From Centroscyllium fabricii (lineage: Eukaryota): DNA of 64,000 nucleotides. The position numbers were made by a program, and so were the translations under genes. Of the stretch, positions 32,238 through 43,149 are shown piece after piece. Within the stretch, counting starts at the first letter, position 1, and every line of letters begins with the position of its first letter. The notes beneath the pieces are model-generated. The model was not told the origin of the DNA. It did no database searches and worked only from the letters and a program-made list of their open reading frames with translations. The stretch spans positions 58,776,001-58,840,000 of the forward strand of contig JBNRSN020000019.1 of NCBI GenBank assembly GCA_051313645.2, written 5' to 3'.

Positions 32238-33020
32238 CCTCCAAAGACTTCAAACACAATTGCCACTCAAAAAGTTATCGCTTCAGGTTAACTCGCTGAG
32301 CATTGGTGTTCCTGAGTTTGATACTGCAAAATTACAAGAAAAAGATTCTGATTATAGCTGCAACGTAACCATGTCAATCTTTAGAGTTTTGAACCTCGAT
32401 TGACGAGAAAAAAGTGGGTGGGTGTGGTTTTTAATACTAGATTATATCCTGGCAGATGTCTACAGCAGAGTAAGTTAGTTATGAAGATAATGCTGCCTTG
32501 CACTGGGTAAACTCCTGATTCAAATATCGTGGGTCAACAAGTTAGTAAATAACAGCTTGAAACAAGTAAATTTGCACAGTGGAAGTCAGCGGTTACACCG
32601 TCACAGCAGAGGTGCTTAGCTGTGGGCGTGAGAGAGGAGATTTAGGAAAGAATTTGGAAACCAGTTCAGAAGAGATTTCCTCAGTATTAGGGCAGTGAGT
32701 GCTTTTTGACTCATCACTCAATTCTCACCCCCTCATTTCTCAATGCACTGGCTCTGGCAGGTGGACAAGATGGGAAGCACATGGGCTGTGTGGAAAAGAT
32801 AAGTGGATCAAATTAGCACTTAGGTTAGGCAAATGAATAAACAAACAGATCAGAAACATTGGCAGGGAGGGCGATAACTGCAACTAAACTGGTTAGCCAA
32901 GCAGGTGGGCCGGAGAGCACCTAAGGCACATCAGGAAACTGGTGGGTTATGAAGCACTCTGGGTGAGCGAGTGGGACGGCAGGCTGGGAGGCACTTGGCC
33001 CATATAGAACAAGAAACACT

Positions 33021-33825
33021 TTTTTTTAATTCATTGATGGGATGTGGGCGTCGCTGGCTGGCTAGACCTGCATTTAGTGCCCATCTCTAATTGCCCTTGA
33101 GAAGATGGTGGTGAGCCACCTTCTTGAACCGCTGCAGTCCATATGGTGCAGGTACACCCACAATGTTGTTAGGAAGGGAGTTCCAGGATTTTGGCCCAGC
33201 GACAGTGAAGGAGCGGCGATACAGGTCCAAGTCAGGATGGTGTGTGGCTTGGAGGGGAACTTGTAGGTGGTGCTGTTCCCATGCATCTGCTGCCCTTGTC
33301 CTTCTAAGTGGTAGAGGTCGCGGGTTTGGAAGGTGCTGTTAAAGGAGCTTTGGCGAGTTGCTGCAGTGCATCTTGTAGATGGTACACACTGCAGCCACAG
33401 TGCGCCGGTGGTGGAGGGAGTGAATGTTGAAGGTGGTGGATGGAGTGCCAATCAAGCGGCCTGCTTTATCCTGAATGGTGTCGAGCTTCTTGAGTGTTGT
33501 TGGAGCTGCACTCATCCAGGCAAGTGGAGAGTATTCCATCACACTCCTGACTTGTGCCTTGTAGATGGTGGAAAGGCTTTGGGGAGTCAGGAGGTGAGAC
33601 ACTCGCCGCAGAATTCCCAGCCTCTGGCCTGCTCTTGTAGCCACAGTATTTATATGGCTGGTCCAGTTCAGTTTCCGATCAATGGTAACCCCCCAGGATG
33701 TTGATAGTGGGGGATTCAGCGATGATAATGCCATTCAATGTCAAGTGGAGATGGTTAGAGTCTCGCTTGTTGGAGATGGTCATTGCCTGGCACTTGTGTG
33801 GTGCGAATGTTACTTGCCACTTCAG
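33021..33825 (-). mobile_element. LINE 3' fragment (RT C-terminus, CR1/L2-related clade)
   Basis: GVTIDRKLNWTSHI...IYKAQVRSVMEY in ORF 33339-33734; A-rich tail at about 33021. Confidence 0.8.
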
Positions 33826-34434
33826 CTTGGCAAGACAGCAGGCGGGGCAGCAAGGCTGTTGGGTCGGGCACGTAAGTGGGCAAGTCAACTGAACTCTGCA
33901 ACAGCTTATGGGAAAAAAAACTGGAGTGAAGGATGATTCAGGTGGGAATGAGTCATGGCTGGAATGTTGGTTGGAATGAGCTAAACTGTGAGGAACTTGG
34001 TGGTGGTGGCAGTGGAGGTGGTGGGGAGGGACTGGGAGTGACGCTGGGTGGATCAGAGCAGGCTAGGAACAATGGCTGGCAGTGCGGGCCAGACTGTGAA
34101 GGGCTCTGGATAGGGCGGACGAGGAATCATTCTAAATAGGCTGGTAGCATCTCTGGGTGGTTCAGCTCAGGCTGCTGAAGGAAGCACAGAAAGCGAATCA
34201 AATTCTTGCGATTCAGCAGTGGTGATGGGTGGAACCAAAATTGAGGAGGATCTTGCTGTGACTGCCACAGATTGCAGTGAATCAGGAGGAACCAAGGCAT
34301 TTGCAGGAAAGAGTGGTCAACAAAGCCCAAGCCAATTAGTCAAGCTGTAGCCAAGTACTCCGGACAGAGCATCAGGCTCCAAATACAGTTAATACTCTCT
34401 GAGAAAATGTTTTCTAGTAATTTACAATGCCATA

Positions 34435-34775
34435 CAGGTTGAGCACCGGTAATCCGGCACGGGCGGGTCCAGTCCCGTGCCGGGAAAGTGAAAAAACCGG
34501 CAGAATGAAGTCGGTCAGTGCGCATGCGCGTACCATTTAAAATGACCGCGTGCATGCGCCCAACATTGGAAATGGCCGCCAAACATCCTTGCGGAGTCTC
34601 AGCTGCGGTTTGTGCCTCCTGATGACGGCCAGCAGGCTGCTCCGGGGAACTGCGCATTTCACCATGGCGAGCGCTCGGGACTCGCACATTCAAAACGCGG
34701 TGCGAGCCGCCGCGCCCTGACGCCACGGAAGGCCCGAATCGTCCGGTGGCCGTTTTGAATGATCTGCGCATGCTT
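34435..34775. mobile_element. Truncated Tigger-like MITE
   Basis: ta caggttgagcaccggtaatccggcac terminus as at 43150 and 62353; other end not seen. Confidence 0.7.
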
Positions 34776-35866
34776 TTGATTTGTTCATCTTTAGTCAATC
34801 AGATAAATCCTCATTTCAGTTAATCCCTAACTTTCACGTTTAAGAGTTGCAATAGATGTGAGTCAAACACAAGACTTTGGATGCAAGATTTTTAAATTTA
34901 TAGATGGATAAATAACGGAAGTTTAAGAATAGGCTTCATTAATTAGGACAAAGCAAGTGGGGAAGAGGAGAACAGGGCAAGGAAAAAAATCAGACAAACA
35001 GATGCAATGTTTACACTTACTTTTGTTCAAATTATTCTTTGTTACAATATTATCCCTACATAACTTAAATAAAGATTCTCCTAACGTCAAAGTATCTTTA
35101 TCACAATAATATTAGTGTTTGTCTTAGCATTCAGTGCATGTCAACATTTCAAATAAAAGGGTAGCCCAGCAAGGCTTGAATTCCCTGAAGCTGCCAATGA
35201 TCTGTGGGTTATGTTACGCCTATTTCTGGAACATACATCAGTTACCCGTGGGTAAGTTCTTGAAACTATCCCTACCTCAGAAAAGTCTGAAGGAACAGAC
35301 TGCCCTGATTTATTTCCTAGTTGTATGAGGCACACACTTTAATTACATTTCCACCTAAAAGCTGTGTAATTTCACACACTATTTCACAAAAAAAACTAAG
35401 GAAATGTATCCCTCTGACACATACAAGGAGCTATACCTGTACCAAGATTGGGAAAGGTAGCTGTAGAAATCCGCCTTATTGCTCTGTTTATAAACTTGAT
35501 TCTGGTGTCTTCGTATCTTGATTCCCTTTCTGGTTTTAATAGATTAAATACAGCAATTTGGGAATTTTTTTGGTTTGTCTGCACAATTTACATTTGCCAG
35601 GAATTGAAAGCATTTGATTCATTTACCATAAATGAGTAAATAATTTGCCCAAAAGTGATGGTAGCCTCTGAATTAGTTACATTTCCTGATAACAATTAGA
35701 ATGAGTCAGCAAATCTATGTAATGAAGTTAAAGCTGTCACTGTGTTTGAAACAATAATCCCATTTTCCGAGTTTGTATCTGAATTTTTGATTCGCATAGG
35801 TTAATGTATAGTCTGAAGTACTGATTCATGAAAAGCTAATATCTGTTGTATTTTTTTCTGAAATAG

Positions 35867-36085
35867 ATGTGTAGATATGTGAATAGCTTGGAGGTGATCT
35901 CCTGTCAAACTCCCTCTCTGGATCCCTTTAAACTGACACAACCTACACAAGGCAAAGCTTCCTTTATCTTTGACAATGTTACTGTGGGCTCCTTTGATTT
36001 TGGCTATACGGAAGATCCTTCATTTAAGACATTTATAGTCCCTAAGGAGATCAGAAAGGGTGGCAGTAATGCACTTGAGATTAAA
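35867..36085 (+). CDS. MET: MET exon 11 equivalent: MCRYVNSLEVISCQTPSL...NALEIK
   Basis: atag acceptor, aaa|gtaagt donor, 219 nt; C.TPSL and LEIK motifs. Confidence 0.93.
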
Positions 36086-36194
36086 GTAAGTAGACTGGAA
36101 TTTGAGTAGATTGATCATCTGTTAAAACACATGTTGCCTATAAAACAGTAATTAAGATTGGATTCTAATGAGATGAATTTGTGTATCGACAAAC

Positions 36195-37390
36195 CTTCAC
36201 TATAAGCTCACTGACTCCCACAGCTACCTGGACTACATTTCCTCCCACCTGCTTCCTGAAAGGACTATATTCCATTCTCCCAGTTTCTCCATCTCCACCG
36301 CATCTGTTCTGACGATGCCACCTTCCATACCAGTGCTTCTGATATGTCTTCCTTTTTCCTCAATGGAGGATTTTCCTCTGCCATGGTTGACACGGCCCTT
36401 GACCGTGTCTCTTCCATTTCCCGCACTTCTGCTCTCACCCCTTCCCCTCCCTCCTGGAACCACGATAGGGTTCCCCTTGTCCTCACCTTTCACCCCACCA
36501 ACCTCCACATTTAGCGGATCATCCTCCGCTATTTCCACCACCTCCAGCGTGATCCCACCATCAAACACATCTTCCCCTCCCCTCCCCTTTTAGCATTATA
36601 AAGGGACCGCTCCCTCGACAACACCCTGGTCCACTCCTCCATCACCCCCGACAGCCCCTCCCCTCCCCACAGCACCTTCCCGTGTAAGCGCAGGAGATGT
36701 AACACCTGCCCTTTTACCTCCTTTCCCACTGTCCAGGGCCCCAAACACTATCCAGGTGAAACAGCGATTTACTTGTACTTCTTGCAATTCAATATACTGT
36801 ATTCGCTGCTCACGATGTTGTCTCCTCTACATTGGGGAGACCAAATGCAGATTGGGTGACTACTTTGCGGAACACCTCCGTTCAGTCCGTAAGGTTGACC
36901 GAGCTTCCGGTCGCTTGTCACTTTAATTCTCCACTCCACTCCCACTCTGACCTCTCTGTCCTCAGCCTCTTACACTGTTCCAATGATGCTCAACATAAGC
37001 GCGAGGAACATCACCTCATTTTTCTATTATGCACTTTACAGCCTTTTGGACTTAACATCAAGTTCAACAATTTCAGACCATAACCTCTGCCCCTATTTTT
37101 TCAGGTGACAGCAGTTGATGATTCTGCCATCCCCATTTGCAACATTTAACCACTCCTGCTTTCCACCCCATCACTACCGTCCCTTTTGTTATTTCCTTCC
37201 CACCCCCGCTTTCCCTACCTCTGCACCTGCTTAAGACCTGTTACATCGTTAACTTTTTCCAGTTCTGACGATGGTTCACAGACCTGAAACGTTAACTCTG
37301 TTTCTCTTTCCACGGGTGCTGCCTGACCTGCTGAGTGTATCCAGTATTTTCTGTTGTTATTTCAGATTTCCAGCATCCGCAGTATTTTGC
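36195..37390 (+). mobile_element. Second Penelope-family 3' fragment (RT thumb, GIY-YIG, terminal repeat)
   Basis: Decayed YK.TDSHSYLDY.SSH...ICSDD and IYCIRCSRC.LLYIGET readings. Confidence 0.85.
37261..37297 (+). ncRNA. Minimal type I hammerhead ribozyme
   Basis: aguu CUGACGA u ggu-ucacag-acc u GAAA cg UU aacu; palindromic AACGUU stem III. Confidence 0.7.
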
Positions 37391-37655
37391 AATTGAATTT
37401 GTGTAATCTTTATTCCGTACCGAGATGGCTTCCTGCTTTTAAATAGCTTCTCCCAGAAAACTCTTGAGAAATTTAACTATTAGATTTTACAGCACAAGAT
37501 ATTTTTTGAATGATGCATAGCAACAACTGAGCCAGCCAGTGACAACATAGACTAGAAAATATCTGACCCGTGTGGTGTCGGAAAACACTGGAATAGGTGT
37601 GACTAGATCTTTTGTTCAATTCCAGCTAACCAGCATATTTTTTGTTCATTGTACT

Positions 37656-38016
37656 TGTTAAATCTGTGTTATTTGGAGGACAATAACGACAGACACAGGT
37701 TAAGGTTCTAAACTGGGTGATGTTTACTGTGCATGGTAAATCACAACTTAACCTGTAGCGCTCCTCGGGCTAACATATTTACAAGAGCTCACAGCAGAGC
37801 ATAGCAGAGAACTGAAACAGAAACTACACACACGAGCTTATACACACGCCAGTGGCTGGTAAGGGTACTGCAGCCTGGTGGCATCACATAATGTAGTGCC
37901 CAGCACCATCCTTAAAGGCACAGGCAATCGGATAGCACCGGGGTGATATGGAGAGGTGATGCAGAGGTAGAGTCTAGCATCATCAGTACATATGTGTATG
38001 TTGTCCATACACCACA
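37656..38016. mobile_element. Solo LTR of an unrelated family
   Basis: TG..CA ends flanked by a 5-bp duplication gtact. Confidence 0.7.
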
Positions 38017-38307
38017 GTACTCCTTGTTCACCCTACAGCATGACCTGGTCAGGGGGTTTGCTTGTAGACTAGAAATTAATTTTCTAAAAATAACAACTTG
38101 CATTTATATAGTGCCTTTAGCATATTAAAAACGCCCCAAACAAAATCGAAACACTTTCTCATGCTTTCAGTCTTTCGCTCTGCATGTTGTGTGACTGAGC
38201 CAACAGGTGTATAACCTGCTCCCAGACTTCTGCCACTGCCTCTCTTATAATCAATGATTGGGAGGGGAGGGGAGAAAATGAATGTTAGTATGATTCTTCC
38301 ACAAATA

Positions 38308-39087
38308 GGGGGTGATTTTCATGTCCCCGTGAGGCAGGGTTTTCGGCGGCTCGGCCGGCAAAATAGCGGAACCGGCGGGTCGCGACCCCCCCCGCCGGAT
38401 CCCCACCGCTTTACCATTTTCCTCCACCCTGATTCCCCGCCCCGAAACCTTCCCGCCGGCGGGGATGGGTTGTCACCTCATTAAGGGCCCTTAATTGGCA
38501 TGTTTGATGCCATTTTAAGGGCCCTTAGCCATTTTGAGCCGTTCCCCACCCATTCTCCGCCACCCTAAACCCCACTGGGTGAAACCCAGCGGGAGCACAG
38601 CGCTGGTCATTACTTTCTCCTTCAAGGTGTGAAGGACATGCTGCCAAATGCTTGGCATGCCTCCAGCACCTTAGAGGAGTAAGTGACTCTGTGGTGGGTG
38701 CAGCAGCTGTGAGCAAAAACTGAGAAATATCAGCTTTGCACATTTCCTCACAGCGGTGCCGAGCTGTCAAGGATTCAGAGCCCGCCCACCCACCTGTCAG
38801 TCACCAGCACTTGACCTTTCCCATTGGTTCAACTCGACTGTGATGTCACAGTGGAGTGTTTCCATGGGAACTGTCAACAACCAGTGCTGGAACTGTCAAT
38901 CAAGCTCCTCGCAGCCCCCCTGCAGCCCGACTCGATTGAGTCAATTACCACCGGCTGCCACAGGCAGGGATTTAACAACTCCATTAAATTAAAATTGCAT
39001 GGTCTTCCCGGGTCTTTGGCCAGGCGGGACAGGAACCCGCCCCGACCAATCCCCACCAGCTTCCCGCACTTCCGGCGTAATCCCCCC
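38308..39087 (+). mobile_element. PIF/Harbinger-like MITE
   Basis: gggggtgatt ... aatcccccc termini, TSD ata. Confidence 0.8.
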
Positions 39088-39449
39088 ATATTGTTTTCCC
39101 TCCCTGTGAGGAAACGGCTGACTTGTATTAAGTATGTCCCTAAATCTGCACAACTAAACTGGATTAATCCATATAAAGGGGGAGGGGAGTTCACATGCAC
39201 AAACATACATGGTTCCATTGTGCAGGGCATTAGTGCTCCTGCCACTAATTGTCCTTCAGCTCCAGAAATCAGCAACTACCACACCTCCAACCGTGCCATT
39301 GTGCTTAGTCCATTTTATCAAGAAGCTGGTTTATGTGTATAGCAGTGTGACCCTTGCCTATCTGAGGGTTTGTTTTTATAATTTAATGGCAGTTCAGGAT
39401 GATCTTCGCAATAATACTAGCAGCTCACTTTATAAATGTTTTGTTTAAG

Positions 39450-39602
39450 TTTCAAGGAGCACAGATTAAGCCTGAAGCTGTTGATGGTAAAATCCTAACA
39501 ATTGGAAACCAGAGCTGTGAGCATATACACCTGAAACTGAACACCATCATTTGTATTATACCTCAGGATCTTTTGTCTTCAAGAAGTGAATTGGATGTAG
39601 AG
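39450..39602 (+). CDS. MET: MET exon 12 equivalent: (FQ)GAQIKPEAVDGKILTIGNQSCEHIHL...ELDVE; 5' boundary uncertain
   Basis: PEAV.G..L..GN.SCE.IHL matches MET; gag|gtaag donor; in-frame AG acceptors only at 39449 or 39464. Confidence 0.88.
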
Positions 39603-39669
39603 GTAAGATATTTTATATTAAAATTTTGCATGATTACCTTATATGTGGCCAGTGGAGAGTGATGGTATT

Positions 39670-39852
39670 GGGCCAGAAATTCCAGGCTGCCCATATCGGG
39701 TTTAAGCTCTGCGAGCGCACCAGAGCTTAAACCCGCAGGAAGCAGCTGTTTGCGCTGCTTCGGGTTTTCCTATGCCACCCAGCGGGGGGGGTTGGAGTTC
39801 CTGCGAGGTCCAGCGCAGGAAGCAGCGAACTAGGGTTGCGTCCAGACATTCC

Positions 39853-39883
<31 letters not shown>

Positions 39884-40447
39884 CTTTTTCTACGGACCAA
39901 GACCAGGATATTGTACGCTGGGAAAAAGCAGTCGTAAGTATCCGTTTTTATCTGGTAAGTGTGTATTTTATTGATTTTAAGTGTTGTTTTTTCAGATTTT
40001 TAATTGTTGTTAACTTTAAAGACAGATAAGTTTTTTTAGACCTGTTGGAAGTTGAAAAAAATTTCTGTACATTTTTATTTTTTCTTTAAAATAGGTTATT
40101 TGTGTTAGTTGGGGTAATGTTAAAAAAAATGTGGTGTTTGTAAAATTTTATTTTTGTGTTTAGATGTCTTTTGGGCAATCTCTCCTTTCAGAACTTGCAC
40201 AGATTTCTCAGTGGAAGTTTTGAACGGAGAATTGGTTCCACTGATTGGCTCCCTGCCAATCAGGTGGTCTCAAAAGCCATCTCGCACTAATTACGCCCTT
40301 CAGATGCCCATGAAGCTCGCACGGAGCTCTGACAGGCTGGGCTAACTGCAATTTCTGAGTGCAAAAAAGCAAACCTGACTATGGGCAGTTCAAGTGCGTA
40401 AAGCAGGTATTGCACCCGCACGAAGGCTCCACTGCAATTTCTGGGCC
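39670..40447. mobile_element. Harbinger-like MITE
   Basis: gggccagaaatt ... aatttctgggcc termini; flanks att/aat. Confidence 0.6.
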
Positions 40448-41060
40448 AATGTGACTGAAAATACACTCTAAATGTTTATATAATGTGTAGAATGTTGATC
40501 GGTATACTTGACCATGGTGACCAAGAATTGGTAAAAGAAAGTGTTTACTGACAAGAGCCAAAAGTTTAAGCATAGTTTACTCATTGATACTCTCACTGTA
40601 ATTACAAGTGTGCCATGCAGGAAATGTTAGCGCATTGATGTGACTTTCACAGTGCTTTGTTTCCAAATACTTACTTGAAATCTGGATTATATTCTCACTT
40701 GCTCACATGCCAACTGTCTGCATTTCATCTGGACATCAGCGTTTTGAAGTCGATATTCACCTGCCCACGTTTTAGGATGAAAATCAGAGTCACTCTTGTT
40801 TCTTTCCTGGTGTCAGAATTGTGGTTTGGGTGTTAATTCTCACAATAACTGTTGGGATTTCTCCTAATTCGTCACAGCCTCCAAACCTCCCATCCTAATT
40901 GCAGACTCCAGCCTTGACGTCACCAGCCTCTCCCACCACTGAACTCGTTTCCTCAAGCCCCTACTGAGTGCAGGCAGTAAGGCCCACTAACCGTGGGCAC
41001 TGCTCCATTTGAGCCTCCATTAACTGGAGAAAGGCAGCTATCCAATGATGCCTGCTAGAC

Positions 41061-41372
41061 CAGCGGTCCCCAACCACCGGGCCGCGGACCGGTACCGGGC
41101 CGTGAATTATTTGGTACTGGGCCGCACAGAAAGAATAAAAACATTTTAATTTTTATTTTATTTCCATTTTATTGACTATCGCAGTCTGCAGGGTGTTTTA
41201 TTTTGAAAAATGACCACTTCCGTCTGTGCCTCTTTTCCGCACTTGTCTCAGTCGCAGTTTTTTTCCATGCACCGATAAATTAAGCCCACAAGCTAATTCT
41301 TCCCCCCCGGTCCGTGGAAAAATTGTCCTGCATGAAACTGGTCCGTGGTGCAAAAAAGGTTGGGGACCGCTG
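41061..41372. mobile_element. hAT (Charlie-group) MITE
   Basis: Perfect 15-bp TIR cagcggtccccaacc, perfect 8-bp TSD tgctagac. Confidence 0.95.
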
Positions 41373-41578
41373 TGCTAGACAGTGCGCAGGAACAGATGTT
41401 GGATAATGACGCGATCATATTCAACAGTATTGTGCACTCCCTATATCCTCTCCCTCTATGGCAAAGTAACTTGGCAGCACTTTCAGTGCAGGGTGTATCC
41501 ATGAAGAATGACCAATTGGATAAATTATTCAGGGACTGCTGGTGGTGGCTGTGGAGATTTTACCACTCCATAAGTGCC

Positions 41579-42077
41579 TGTAACGGTTGTAGGTTGGGCC
41601 CAAATGCAATACACCGAAAACATGCGTAGAAGTGAACTCCTTTATTTCTGAGCAGTCAAAAGATATGGGAAACAGTAGGTCAATAATGGCAGAAAGTTCA
41701 CGGAGGCAACAAGTCCAAAACAGAGTTCAGGCAGGAGAGAATCCAAATTCAGAAACAGTAATATTCCGGGTAGTCCGTCCACGGGAGCGACAAATCCAAA
41801 ACAGAGTTCAAGCAGAAGAGAATCCAAATTTCCGGTAAGCAGGTCAGTATCATGAACAGACAGGATCAGAGAGCTAGGAACTAAACACAGGTATCACAGT
41901 CAGAAGAATCAACGATCTGGCAACCTCATGGTGAAAAGTGGGAGCTTATATACAGCTCTAGATACTACTGGTTAATCTGGGCTGTCCAATCAGGTGCATG
42001 CAGTAGTTAAAGAGGTGCTGACCAGTTTAAAGGAGAAGAGCCCACCTAGGAGTTAAAGGGGAATCCAACCTATGACA
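41579..42077 (-). mobile_element. Probable solo LTR
   Basis: tgt..aca ends with taggttgg/ccaaccta subterminal inversion, internal 42-bp duplication, TATA and AATAAA on the minus strand; TSD not resolved. Confidence 0.5.
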
Positions 42078-42305
42078 AGTGACCACCTTCAGGAGAGCTG
42101 AAAAGATAGAGGGGAGAATATAAGGGAGGAGTTAGTCTGAGGTAGAAGTTGTTATGAAATCGCGTAATTGCTTTTCTTGAAATACTATGTAAAATTTAAT
42201 TTTTCAGCCAATTTAGTATAAATTAATAAGCAAAGGCAGTGGTTGTGTACTTTCCACAAAACTCTAGTGCTTAATTTCTTGGTTAATATATTTGTTTCCT
42301 TTCAG

Positions 42306-42459
42306 TGGAAAAAAGCCAATTCATCAATTCATCTGGGGAAAGTAATCATCCTTGAAAATAAGAATCTTATTACACTTGTTGGTGTCGTTGCAGTAATGCT
42401 GCTGGTTCTTTTGATATTTGGAGTATTAGTTTGGAGGTGCAGAAAGAAACAGATGAAAG
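42306..42459 (+). CDS. MET: MET exon 13 equivalent (transmembrane): WKKANSSIHLGKVII...LVGVVAVMLLVLLIFGVLVWRCRKKQMK
   Basis: tttcag acceptor, g|gtatag donor, hydrophobic helix followed by a basic stop-transfer cluster. Confidence 0.95.
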
Positions 42460-42628
42460 GTATAGCACATTTGATAAACTGTGTCTATAAAATCTTATCA
42501 ACTATTTTAGTGAAAGCAACAGTCTTTAATAGTGCAAATGATAATGTTCTTCTGAATGAGATTTCAGTGTTAATTCAATTTGCAGCATTTTCATGTTGCA
42601 CTCTCTAAACTTATTGCTTCATTAAAAG

Positions 42629-42772
42629 ATCTGAACCCAGATGTAGTACGATATGATGGACGGGCGCATACTCTGCACCTGGATAGGCTTGTGAATACAA
42701 GAGCACGAAACAGCACAACTGCAGAAATGATCTCTCATGAATCCTCTGACTATCGAACAACTCTTCAAGAAG
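42629..42772 (+). CDS. MET: MET exon 14 equivalent (juxtamembrane): DLNPDVVRYDGRAHTLHLDRLV...ESSDYRTTLQE
   Basis: VRYD.R.HT.HLDRLV and DYR (Cbl site) are diagnostic of MET; 144 nt, phase 1/1. Confidence 0.96.
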
Positions 42773-43149
42773 GTATGGATGATTTTGTTATTAAGTGGTC
42801 CATAACTTCATTCAATTTTGAAAACACGTATTTGTACAATTTTCTCCCCTTTCCTCCTGAAGCCAATGAATCTTGCTGGGGTGGTGATTCCCACTGCTGC
42901 CAGTTGTTCTCCAATGCCTAACCGAAGTGACCATTCTTCATTTTGTGAGCCTGAATGTTGTAAGGTTATTTGACCTTACAGCCAATTCCTACTCTTTCCT
43001 CATCTGATGTCCACACATGTGCAGTTTCCAGCAAGAGTCGCTGGATATCAATCAGCAGTGGAAATTTTGGTGGGTTGCCCCTGCTCAAGAACACTGAGCT
43101 AAATCCTAGCACACCCACCACCACCTATCTGAGATCAACTAACTCAATA

